Assembly (NCBI GenBank): GCA_963833125.1
Contig: CAWHWX010000023.1
Coordinates: forward strand, 1 to 49,379
Direction: 5' to 3'
DNA length: 49,379 nt
From: Candidatus Bathyarchaeota archaeon
GTDB lineage: Archaea; Thermoproteota; Bathyarchaeia; 40CM-2-53-6
The position numbers were made by a program, and so were the translations under genes. Below are positions 10,263-20,007 of the stretch, piece after piece (positions within the stretch are counted from its first letter, which is position 1; each line of letters starts with the position of its first letter). The notes beneath the pieces were generated by a model, which searched no databases, had not been told where the DNA came from, and saw nothing but the letters and a program-made list of their open reading frames with translations.

Positions 10263-10742
10263 ATGCACAATAGGGAGCTTAGAGCTCTGAACGAATATCC
10301 CAAAACTCCGCTCGCCGACCCTCGCATCACTGACTTGCAATGGCTATCAGGTAACTGGACAGGATCGCATGGCGAGGATCAGATTGAGGAGTATTGGAGC
10401 CCTCTTACCGCGGGCACAATGATGGGAATGTTTCGCTGGATTCACGAAGGTCGCGTGAGATTTTATGAATTTATGACGATCGAACGAGAGGGCAGAGAAC
10501 TCCTACTCCGGATTAAGCATTTCAACCCAGGCTTGCTCGGTTGGGAGGAAAAAGATACGTCCACCGAGTTTGTGCTCGTTCAAATTAGTCGAGATGAAGC
10601 AGTTTTTCTGGAACGTAATGTCAAGAAGCCGCCCGCACCGTGGATGATCTACCGACTTCAGGATAATCAGACGTTGATCGCATACTTCGAATTCGAAAAC
10701 GGGACCGTGAGTGAGAAAGACATGTTCATTTTCAAACGTTAA
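10263..10742 (+). CDS. DUF6265-like hypothetical protein
   Basis: LQWLSGNW...IEEYWSP...TMMGMFR...FYEFMTI...LRIKHF pattern. Confidence 0.7.
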   Translation: MHNRELRALNEYPKTPLADPRITDLQWLSGNWTGSHGEDQIEEYWSPLTAGTMMGMFRWIHEGRVRFYEFMTIEREGRELLLRIKHFNPGLLGWEEKDTSTEFVLVQISRDEAVFLERNVKKPPAPWMIYRLQDNQTLIAYFEFENGTVSEKDMFIFKR

Positions 10743-10765
10743 CAACGACGGCGGTAAGCACTAGG

Positions 10766-11179
10766 TTAGTCGAGCACGGGAGTGTCGTTCTGCTGGCGAT
10801 TGCCCCATCTGGAGTATATTTCGTCAGCTACCTCTTTGACCGTCTCTGCGGCTGTGTCGGGTTCGAATGATATCACCAGGAATCCATGGCCAGCGCGAAC
10901 TATTAGAATTGAGATTTTCTCGTGGTAAACCACGATACCCGTCAGCGATCCATACCAAGGTTCGTACTTTTTTAAGAAATCCGTGATCACGTGTGGGCCT
11001 ATTGCTAAGAATTGGTCATCTAGTTCGTCCGGGGAAATGCTTCGAGCTCCATCGCGCATTCTCTGGAAGATCGGATCGCCGAACTCAGACGCCAATTCAA
11101 CGCATCTAATCTTTGGATGCATACTGAAGAGTACTTCGGGGGTGATTTCGCTTACGCCCTTAGAAGTTGAGAGAGTCAT
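10766..11179 (-). CDS. Hypothetical protein, roadblock/profilin-like archaeal family (DUF6659-like)
   Basis: 137-aa ORF with KIRCVEL...G...RMRDG...YGSLTGIVVYHEKISILI...FLVISFEP pattern. Confidence 0.6.
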   Translation of the reverse strand: MTLSTSKGVSEITPEVLFSMHPKIRCVELASEFGDPIFQRMRDGARSISPDELDDQFLAIGPHVITDFLKKYEPWYGSLTGIVVYHEKISILIVRAGHGFLVISFEPDTAAETVKEVADEIYSRWGNRQQNDTPVLD

Positions 11180-11531
11180 AACACAAACCTATGGCACGAC
11201 GTCAAGAGCATATTTGGCTAATTATGTCTTCTTAGATCTCAGTCCCATCCGTCTGCTTGGGGGAAGAAAAATGAGTATTCCCGCAACTTCCTTCATTGCG
11301 TTTAGGCAGCGTTTCTCCTAGTGCGCGCTTTCGCTATTTATGAAGTATCTAGATGAATACAATGAAGTAGATGAAGACCAGACGAGATATGCGACAGTCA
11401 TGGCGGCAGGACGCTCTAGATCGATTCCCGATTCGTAGTGTCCCGATTTTCTAGTCGTCCCTATTACAGCTGAAGCCGAATCATTATTCTAGCTCAGTAA
11501 GTGCATGGAATCCTAGGATTGGGTCGTTCCG

Positions 11532-12229
11532 ATGACAAAGAAACTCTTCTGGGAGGACATGTACGCAAAGAGTTCCAAGCAAAAGTGTTTTCGGTTACGG
11601 GCAATCAAGTCGTGCTGGATCAGACGGCATTCAACCCTCACGGGGGCGGTCTAGTTGGCGACATTGGATGGTTGGACACAGTAAAGGTCGTGGACACCGT
11701 CAAGGGTGACAACGATTCCATCGTACACGTGTTGGACTCGCCCGCAAGTTTCCCAGTTGGGGCCGAAGTGCAAGGAAAACTCGAATGGGAAAGACGATAC
11801 AGAATCATGAGAATGCACACATCTGCACATCTCCTCAGTTCAATCTTCCATAAACAAACCGGCGCCCTCATCACTGGCAATCAAATACAACCGGACAAAT
11901 CCAGGCTTGATTTCAGTTTGGAAGGCTTTGACAGAGATAGGATGCTCACCTATTGCAGCCAGGCCAACGACGCCATCGCGAAGAATCCTCCCGTGAAGAC
12001 TTACTTCATGAAGAGGGAGGAAGCGTTGAAAATCCCAGGCATCACGAAATTAGCTACTGCCGCACCACCTGATGTGCAAGAGCTCCGTATAGTGGAGATC
12101 GAAGGATACGATATTCAAGCAGACGGCGGCGTACACGTTAAGAGCTTGAACGAAATCGTAAAGATAGACCCACTGAAATTCGAGAACAAGGGCAAGAGCA
12201 ATAGAAGATTGTATTTTACTATTCCATGA
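11532..12229 (+). CDS. alaXM: Alanyl-tRNA editing protein AlaX-M (frameshift after codon ~12)
   Basis: MTKKLFWEDMY start at ATG 11532. VVLDQTAFNPHGGG, MRMHTSAH (Zn HxxxH), DIQADGGVHV and NKGKSNRR motifs. Confidence 0.88.
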
Positions 12230-12277
12230 TCATGTCCAGATGATCCAGGCTCGAATAGACTCACTTTTGAAGTGCGG

Positions 12278-12532
12278 TTAAGGGAATATAGCGCGCTTCA
12301 GCACGATCTCAAGCGTGTTCTGATTCGAAAGTGTTGAACCCGCCAGCGTAACTCTACCATTAACCTCGACCACAGGAATCACGTTCTTGTAACGTTCATA
12401 CATCTCTGAACTTTCTGTTATGTCTCTCGTTGATATTTCTAGGGGGCGCTCGGTCGCAAGTTTCTCTAGAGTAGAGATTACATTTTCACAGAGGTGGCAG
12501 CCTTCTTTCGTGTAGACAACTACGGTGGTCAT
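12278..12532 (-). CDS. Glutaredoxin-like protein (DUF836-type)
   Basis: VVVYTKEGCHLCE (CxxC), DI..., YKNVIPVVEVNG. ATG at 12532. Confidence 0.85.
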   Translation of the reverse strand: MTTVVVYTKEGCHLCENVISTLEKLATERPLEISTRDITESSEMYERYKNVIPVVEVNGRVTLAGSTLSNQNTLEIVLKRAIFP

Positions 12533-12621
12533 CTTGTTCACTGGGACGGATCGTTTGTCCAGTATCGTTCCGGAAAAGAAGGAATAGAAAAAAGGTTTCG
12601 TTGGCCCAACCGTCAAATATT

Positions 12622-12828
12622 TTACTTGACGAGTTCGCCGGTTGCGAATCGGGGACCAACGGTGTTAATCTTGACCTTCACCTTATCGCCAGGTTTGGTT
12701 TGGGGGACGAAGACTACGAAGCCTTCAATCCTTGCGACACCATCGCCACGGCGACTAGTCTCCTTGATTTCAACTTCGTATTCCTTCCCTTCCTCGACTG
12801 GCTTATGGAAGGAACGTTCATAGCTCAT
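12622..12828 (-). CDS. Single TRAM-domain RNA-binding protein (archaeal RNA chaperone)
   Basis: KPVEEGKEYEVEI...RRGDGVARIEGFVVFVP...GDKVKVKI...RFA. Preceded by GAGGTG. Confidence 0.92.
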   Translation of the reverse strand: MSYERSFHKPVEEGKEYEVEIKETSRRGDGVARIEGFVVFVPQTKPGDKVKVKINTVGPRFATGELVK

Positions 12829-13166
12829 GCGTTTCACCTCGACTTTTCGTTCGTTCAGCTAGTTCGTCGGGAGAAAACTGGCGCGTCGGAACGTTTGATC
12901 ACGTATAAGACGGTCGGCTTCAGCCCGTACATCATAGCTTACAATCACATGGACTCGTTGAAGCTAATAATCCTACCTAGCTAATCGACGATTAATACAG
13001 TGCATCGCTATTAGCGATGTAGATGTGTACCACAAGGTGCACATTTCTAGATTCTCGCTTCAATTTTCGAATCAGTCGATTCACGTAAGAAGGCTTTTAT
13101 TGGCTGCGCTTGCTGTGACGACGTTACAACACTACCAGTATACTTTCTCACGGAGGTGAACAACGC

Positions 13167-13493
13167 TTGACAGAACAAAGATCAGTAACAGAAAGGCCTC
13201 CTTCCACCAGAGGTAATATTCCATCCAACACAGTCCTCATTGGCCAAAAACCGCTCATGGCTTACGCTACCGCAATCGTGATGCAAATCAACAGTGGCAC
13301 TAAGGAACTTTCCGTAAAGGCGCGAGGCCGCGTCATTTCAAAGGCAGTTGACGTGGTTGAGGTCTGCCGCAGACGCTTCTTCGAGGGCAAACTCGAAATT
13401 AAGGACGTCAGCATCGGGACTGAAGTGCTAGGTGAAGAGGGCCAAACGAGAAACGTCTCCACGATTGAAATTAAGCTAACCAAGAAAGCTTAA
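13167..13493 (+). CDS. albA: DNA/RNA-binding protein Alba
   Basis: VLIGQKPLMAY, VKARGRVISKAVDVVE and RNVSTIEI motifs. GGAGGTGA RBS. Confidence 0.95.
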   Translation: MTEQRSVTERPPSTRGNIPSNTVLIGQKPLMAYATAIVMQINSGTKELSVKARGRVISKAVDVVEVCRRRFFEGKLEIKDVSIGTEVLGEEGQTRNVSTIEIKLTKKA

Positions 13494-13534
13494 ACGTTTT
13501 GACCGTGGACATCTAAAATCCTTTTTTCTTGATT

Positions 13535-15500
13535 TTATTTTTGAAGTTCAGATCGGATCGCTTCGAAATAGTCGAGCGATTCCGGGTTACTGAGCGCGTC
13601 TCGATTTGAGATAGGCCTGCCGTTCATAATGTTCCTGACCACGCTCTCCACTTTCTTCATGTTAAACGTGTACGGGATCGCTGGAACCTCGAGAATAAGC
13701 GCCGGCACATGACGCGGTGAAGCATTCTCACGTAAAGCTTTCCTTATCCTTTCCTTCAAATCCTCTGTTAGGCGATGGCCAGGGGATAGTTGAATGAAGA
13801 GTATGATGCGTTGATCGTCTTTCCAGTTCTGCCCAATTACAAGGCTGTCGGCAATTTCAGGGAACTTTTCAACGGTGCTGTAGATTTCCGATGTACCAAT
13901 TCTGACGCCTGATGGTTTTAGTACGCTGTCTGAACGACCGAGAAAAGTTACTCCTCCGGTATCAGTGTGAATTACTATGTAATCGCCGTGTCTCCAAACG
14001 TTCTTCCCTTCAGCCGCATAATAATTGAAGTAGGCCTCCTTGTAGTTCTCGTTGTTCCGGTCGTTCCAGAAACAGAGAGGCATTGAGGGTGACGGAGCTT
14101 CACAGACGAGTTCCCCCTCCCGGTCGAATACAGGGTTACCACGTTCATCGTAGGCTTCGACTTTCATGCCCAGCCCAAGACCTTGAAGCTCACCAGCATA
14201 AACAGGGAGCGTGGGGCTACCTCCGGCAAAGCAGCCGTTGATGTCCGTACCGCCTGATATCGAATTAAAGTGCAAGTCCTGTTTAACTTCCTTGTACACC
14301 CATTCGAAGCCTTCCGGGGAGAGTGGGGATCCTGTCTGGGAGATTTCTCTCAATGAGGACAGGTCGTATGTATGCCCGGGTTTGGCGTTTATGCTCCTAA
14401 GATAGTTAATGTAGCTTGCACTGCAGCCGAAGGATAGTTATTTTTTCATCTCGGGTTAGCTGCCACATCCGTCCCCAGTCTGGATAATTCGGGTTACCAT
14501 CGTAGAGGAGTATGGTTGGACCGACTGCTAACGAACTCATGAGCCAGTTCCACATCATCCAGCTCGGGGACGATATGTACGTAATTCTATCTTTGCGGTT
14601 TAGGTCGGAGTGGAGTAGCAATTCCTTTAGATGGTTGAGCAGAACACCTGCTCCTTGAACCATACACTTTGGTTTGCCGGTCGTGCCGGATGAGAACATT
14701 ATGTAAACTGGATGGTCGAAGGGAAGTTGCTCAAATTGAATCTCAGTTCGCTTCGCGGATAGGAATTGATCGAAAGGTACCGCCTTAGGGATTTGGTCTG
14801 CTGTTGATTCGTTATCTACATAGGATGCCACTACTATTTTTTCAATTGAAGGGGTCCCGTCAGCAACTTTTCGGGCGTTCGAGAGAGTATCGAAGACATG
14901 GTTTTTGTAGAAGTAGCCGTCGACAGTGAAGAGAACTTTTGGTTCGATTTGTTGGAACCGGTCCAAAACTGCTGCAGGACCAAGTTCTGCACCGCACGAG
15001 GTCCATACAGCGCCGAGGCTCGTAGCTGCGAGCATGGCGACTGCGGTTTGAATAATATTCGGCATGTAGGCACAAACCCGGTCACCCGGACGTACTCCCA
15101 GCTCACGTAGGGAACCTGCTAATCGTGCCACTTGATCATAGAGTTCTGCGTATGTAACCTGGTTAGTCTTTCGCGTCTCTCCTCTAAATATGAAAGCTGC
15201 TCGCTCATCCCTGTGCCGCAGCAGATTCTCAGCGAAATTCAGTCGCGCGCCGACGAACCATTTGGCACCGGGAAAGTTGGCAAGGTCGTCGACGACCTGA
15301 TCGTATCTTCGAGACGATTTAATGCCTGCATATTCCCACATTGCAGCCCAAAAGTCGGGAATCGCTTGAACTGACCATTTTTGCAGTTCCCGATAGGATT
15401 CGAGTCTCGTTCCGTTTCTCTCGTTCACGAACTGTATGAATGCAACCATGTTGGAGCGATTGACACGTTCCTGCGAAGGCGTCCAGAGTAATTGTCCCAA
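13535..15500 (-). CDS. Acetoacetate-CoA ligase (frameshift near 14410-14430)
   Basis: LLWTPS, WFVGARLNFAENLL, MFSSGTTGKPKC, WMMWNWL, SISGGTDI and GRSDSVLKPSGVRIGT motifs. Confidence 0.9.
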
Positions 15501-15750
15501 GGGGTCCCCTCCATACCTTTGAGGATTCTTACCAATCTAGAGAGTTAGGGTATTGTATCCGTGTTTTAGACTTCGTTATTTCTCAACTAACGTTTAAATG
15601 GCAGTATGGCTCAGAGCGTACACGAACGGAAACCGTGCGGACGATAGAGAAGTTCTGCACAGCGAAACACAAACGCGGTTATCCCCGAAACGTGGAAGCT
15701 TAGCTGTTCTGTTTTCTGAAAGCGGTTTACGTAGGAAACAAGAAGTTAGA

Positions 15751-16929
15751 ATGCAAAAATTCGAAGAACTCCCGATAGCGGGAGAAATAGTTCAGAGCCT
15801 GAACGAAATTGGTCTTCGGGAAATGTTCCCGATTCAGGCTGCCGCAATCCTTCCCCTATTACAACGCAGGGATGTGATTGGACAGGCAAAAACAGGTACA
15901 GGCAAGACCGCAGCCTTTGGTATTCCCATGGTTCAGGGAGTCGATAAGTCATTAGACGCAGTTCAAGGCCTTGTTCTAGTTCCCACAAGGGAATTGGCAG
16001 TTCAAGTTGCATCCGACCTCAACAAGTTCGGAAAGCATCTGTCGGTCAGGTCCCTCGCCGTCTACGGCGGCCAACCAATCTACGGTCAAATGGAGGCACT
16101 CCAAAGAACGGTGCACATCGTGGTTGGAACACCAGGTAGAATAATCGACCATCTCCGGAGAGGAACCCTACTCCTCGAAAACGCGAACTTCGTTGTTCTC
16201 GATGAAGCCGACCGCATGCTCGACATGGGCTTCATAGAAGACATCGAATTCATCCTAAGCCGAACATCTCCAGACAAACAGACCGCAATGTTCTCTGCAA
16301 CCATGCCGGACGAGATCCTTTCTCTAGCCTCCAGGAACATGTACAACCCCGAGAAGATTTTAGTAAGCAGGGACGAAATTGCAGTTGAAGAGATCGAACA
16401 ACTCTACCGACAAGTGGACCCGGAACGCAAGTTTCAGGCTCTCTGCGATATTATGGATCAAAAGGCAGTCGATCGGGCCCTGATCTTCTGCTCAACTAAG
16501 ATCGGGGCAGATCGCCTTGGATACAAGCTTAGCAGAGTGCGAAGAGACGTGGCGGTAATACATGGCGACCTTACTCAACCTCAACGTGAACGAGCCTTAG
16601 AGAATTTCCGTAGAGGCCGGGTTCGGTTCTTGGTGGCCACTGATGTTGCATCACGCGGGCTAGATATCAGCGGTATAACTCATGTCGTGAACTACGACGT
16701 GCCCAGCGACCCGCTGCTTTATTTCCATAGAATAGGCAGAACAGGCCGCGCAGGCGCAAGTGGCGTAGCAGTAACCCTAGTCTCTCGCCGCGAAATGATG
16801 GACCTAAGACGGATACAGAGCATGACCAATACTAGGATGCATGAGTTACCTGAACAATGGAATCGTGAACCGGTAAGAAACACATCTCCAGATTTCCATC
16901 GAGTTCCGTTTGCTCATGCGGCCCAGTAA
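15751..16929 (+). CDS. DEAD-box RNA helicase
   Basis: Q motif, AKTGTGKT, PTRELA, TPGR, DEAD, SAT and HRIGRTGR. ATG at 15751. Confidence 0.95.
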   Translation: MQKFEELPIAGEIVQSLNEIGLREMFPIQAAAILPLLQRRDVIGQAKTGTGKTAAFGIPMVQGVDKSLDAVQGLVLVPTRELAVQVASDLNKFGKHLSVRSLAVYGGQPIYGQMEALQRTVHIVVGTPGRIIDHLRRGTLLLENANFVVLDEADRMLDMGFIEDIEFILSRTSPDKQTAMFSATMPDEILSLASRNMYNPEKILVSRDEIAVEEIEQLYRQVDPERKFQALCDIMDQKAVDRALIFCSTKIGADRLGYKLSRVRRDVAVIHGDLTQPQRERALENFRRGRVRFLVATDVASRGLDISGITHVVNYDVPSDPLLYFHRIGRTGRAGASGVAVTLVSRREMMDLRRIQSMTNTRMHELPEQWNREPVRNTSPDFHRVPFAHAAQ

Positions 16930-17020
16930 AGCTAACATTGAATAGATACGCTATCAACCTGAACCACTGAGAGTGAAAAACACGCCAAGACAAATTAGAA
17001 ACAGAAATGTTCGCTCTGAA

Positions 17021-17173
17021 ATGAAAACCTTAGAATGCTTACGCTGCCATAGAATGGTCAGGCTAGACGAATACAAATCCCACCTGTCCACATGTGGCGT
17101 TGCCCCGGTTGCCCCGGAACCCACCGCGACCCCACCCGTGCCCGACGCATCTCCAACAAAACAGGAAACTTAA
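17021..17173 (+). CDS. Small C2HC zinc-finger protein with Pro-rich tail
   Basis: MKTLECLRCHRMVRLDEYKSHLSTC (C-x2-C-x11-H-x3-C), 50 aa. Confidence 0.55.
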   Translation: MKTLECLRCHRMVRLDEYKSHLSTCGVAPVAPEPTATPPVPDASPTKQET

Positions 17174-17182
17174 ACTCCGCTC

Positions 17183-18145
17183 TCAGCGTAGGTACTTTGT
17201 CTTACCATCCTCGTACCCTAAGACTGTTTGAAGTCCGTCCATATCTGGAATATTTTCGTAATCCCCTCTAACCGTTGCCGTTAGGGCAGCGCTGGTCGCC
17301 GCAGCACGTAAGCTGTCCTTCAATTTCCAACCGTTGAGTTGTGTGGCGAGAAAAGCCGCTGCGAACGCGTCTCCTGCACCAGTCGCATCTTCTATGTGCG
17401 ATGGGATCATGGGTTGGGTTGCTGTCTCTCCGCTTGAACTCGCATACGCCCCGCTTTCCCCAAGTTTCACGATGACGGTTTTGACTCCGGCCTTATGAAG
17501 AGCCCTCGCAATCTCGTCAGGTTGATCTTCTCCTAGAATGATCTTTGAATCGGGGCTGCTTGTGAAAACGATGTCCGCCATCTTACAGAGAGGGAGTAGA
17601 GTTGAACGAGCAACCTCCGTGTTCCATAGCTTCAGGCGCACATTGGTATCTAAGGAAACCAAAACGTTACTTTCTTTCGCGGCCTTTACCGCAACAACTG
17701 TTGCATCCCTGGCACTATCGCTGAGAGCTGGTGTAATGCCCGTAACGTGGAAGATTTTCGCGGATGAGACATAATTCTCGTCAACATCGTTTGCGCTTAA
17801 CCTACTTCCTGCGGAATTCTTTCGATAGTAGAATGCTTCACTCTTCTCGGGTATGGGATAGCCACGCTGAATGAAGAACAATCCAGTCGGAAATTGTCGG
17901 TCAACCACAACATGTGACGTGTCCACTCTCTCAGCTCGGAGTGCACCGAGTAGGAATATGCCAAATTCATCGTCCCCCACTCTCGAGATTATGCCAGAGC
18001 TACATCCAAGCCTGGAGACACCGATTGCAACGTTCCCCTCAGCTCCGGCAGCGTGCTTCTCAAATAATCCAACGTCTCTAAGCGGCCCTCGAGTTACTGC
18101 GTTCATTTGAACCATAATTTCGCCCATGCACACTACGTCGGGCAA
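17183..18145 (-). CDS. PfkB-family sugar kinase (2-keto-3-deoxygluconate kinase-like)
   Basis: AGAEGNVAIG, RVGDDEFG, YYRKNSAGS, DTNVRLKLW and DATGAGDAF. Probable TTG start at 18145. Confidence 0.9.
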   Translation of the reverse strand: MPDVVCMGEIMVQMNAVTRGPLRDVGLFEKHAAGAEGNVAIGVSRLGCSSGIISRVGDDEFGIFLLGALRAERVDTSHVVVDRQFPTGLFFIQRGYPIPEKSEAFYYRKNSAGSRLSANDVDENYVSSAKIFHVTGITPALSDSARDATVVAVKAAKESNVLVSLDTNVRLKLWNTEVARSTLLPLCKMADIVFTSSPDSKIILGEDQPDEIARALHKAGVKTVIVKLGESGAYASSSGETATQPMIPSHIEDATGAGDAFAAAFLATQLNGWKLKDSLRAAATSAALTATVRGDYENIPDMDGLQTVLGYEDGKTKYLR

Positions 18146-18230
18146 AGGTTCACTCGCTCCTGAGAGTATGGCTCTCTGAAGACAACCCACTATTCAAAAT
18201 ATGTGTAAGGAGCAGAGATCAGTGGGCTGA

Positions 18231-19239
18231 ATGCCGGAGGGTTTCAAGTCGGGTTCACTAAAAAAGTTGGGCGAGCATGAGGTAATACGAATAATCGAAA
18301 GCGCTCTCGGTGCGAACCCGCGAACGGTAGTTGGTTTCGGCGATGATGTTTCCGCGGTAAGGCTTGCGAAGCACCAGCTTGCGGTGCTGAAGACTGACAT
18401 GTTGGTTGGCAGCACGGATGTTCCCCCTGGAATGAGTATGAGGCAAGCTGCTCGAAAGGCTGTCGTGGCAAACATCAGTGATCTGGCAGCAAAGGGAGCT
18501 CGGCCGATTGCGGGAATTGTTGCCCTCGGGTTACCCTCGACGCTTAGGAAGAGGGACGTGATGGAGATTGCTGGTGGGTTGGCTGGGAGTGCTAAGGAAT
18601 ATGGATTCCCACTAATCGGCGGCGACACTAACGAATCGAAAGATCTCGTGATATCGATCGCATTGTTCGCTCTTATGGACGAGCGACGAATTGTTCTCCG
18701 TTCCGGTGCAAGAGTCGGTGACATAGTCGCCGTGACAAGCGACTTCGGGGCCGCATCGGCCGGGTTGAAAGCGCTGCTGGAGAGAAGAGTTATGCCAAGC
18801 AAGTTGCCCCGAGCCTTGGCTAAAGCCATCTACCATCCCAGAGCGGAATTGGAGTTGGGTCTACGACTTGCTGCTTCAGGAGTAGTCAGTGCATCAATAG
18901 ACTCAAGCGACGGCCTAGCCTGGAGCCTCCACGAATTATCAAAGATGAGCAAGGTCGGAATACAGATTCAACACGTACCGATCAGCAGAGCTGCGAAGAA
19001 GTTCGCTTTCAGATACCGATACAAAGCGATTGATCTGGCACTATATGGTGGAGAAGAATACAACCTCATAGTAACTATCCGACCCAACCATCTTCGAGTT
19101 GCACAAACGGCGGCGCGAGGAAGGTTGAAACCGATCGGCGTTGTAACCTCCAAGATCCAAAGGCGTAAGCCTCGTGAAGAATGAACGTAAATTCAAGATT
19201 GCGATGAAAGGATGGGAACACTTTCGACAACGAAAATAG
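18231..19239 (+). CDS. thiL: Thiamine-monophosphate kinase (frameshift near 19155)
   Basis: LGEHEVI, GFGDDV, ANISDLAAKGA, IGGDT, IDSSDGL and GGEEY. The C-terminal KGWEHF lies in the shifted frame, ending at 19239. Confidence 0.9.
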
Positions 19240-19277
19240 GTTAGAAGCTTCTGAGGAAGCGATTTCGAGTCGGAACC

Positions 19278-19916
19278 ATGACGAAATTCAAGATACCCTA
19301 CTACCAGCAAACTTCTGATTTTAGTTGCGGGCCAGCTTGCGTCATAATGGTGATGAAGCATTTCGAACCACGGTTGGAACTCGGAAGGGCGCTAGAGTTC
19401 GAGATTTGGCGCCAATGTAACATGATCGGGATAAAGGGTGCCGACCCCTATGGACTGTCCGTTCCATTGATCGATGCAGGATACGAAGTTCGCCTACTAA
19501 CTCAACGCAGAAAAATCATCGATGCTGCACCCTGGAAGAGAAGATTACGCAGACACTTCCCTGCCGAGGAAATCGAACTTAGCTTATTCGGAATGAAACA
19601 GAACCAAAAGCGAGCTCTTCAGAGACACCTTCAGGTCACATTCAAGCGACCTATGGTTGGCGATGTCGTGCGAGGCGTTAGAGAGGATTTCGTTCCTATT
19701 GCCCTCGTGCACATGGGCGTTGTGCACTCTTTGAACATCCCACATTGGGTAGTGGTCACTGATGCTGACGAGAGTTCTGTAGTCTTCAACGATCCCTATC
19801 CACCCAAAGGACGAAAAGGATTAAAGTTATCCCACGCCAAATTCCAGAAAATACTTGATGATATCGGCGTAAGAATAGGGCTTAGCCCTTCAATCCTTTT
19901 CGTTCGCCGAAAATGA
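19278..19916 (+). CDS. Peptidase C39-like protein
   Basis: YYQQTSDFSCGPAC (Gln/Cys), PHWVVV (His) and FNDP (Asp). Confidence 0.82.
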   Translation: MTKFKIPYYQQTSDFSCGPACVIMVMKHFEPRLELGRALEFEIWRQCNMIGIKGADPYGLSVPLIDAGYEVRLLTQRRKIIDAAPWKRRLRRHFPAEEIELSLFGMKQNQKRALQRHLQVTFKRPMVGDVVRGVREDFVPIALVHMGVVHSLNIPHWVVVTDADESSVVFNDPYPPKGRKGLKLSHAKFQKILDDIGVRIGLSPSILFVRRK

Positions 19917-20007
19917 CTCCTCGATGAGATTTTACTAGAATCAGCTTCGGAAATCAATAGTGAGGCTAAAACCCACCAAAACCTCCCGGAGCCTAAGCTG
20001 AAAATGT

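Noticed and set aside
11426-11465. Three TCCCGATT-like direct repeats upstream of alaXM
   Set aside because: The repeats are short, unevenly spaced (15 and 17 bp) and not CRISPR-like. Chance cannot be excluded.
12112-12139. AlaX Zn motif reads ADGGVH instead of CGGTH
   Set aside because: To my knowledge the Asp variant is common in archaeal AlaX-M proteins, so it is not unusual.
18194-18829. Long antisense ORFs (e.g. 18194..18829, 1861..2415, 43107..43598, 24270..24698)
   Set aside because: They are shadow or alternative frames of well-supported genes and carry no recognisable motifs.
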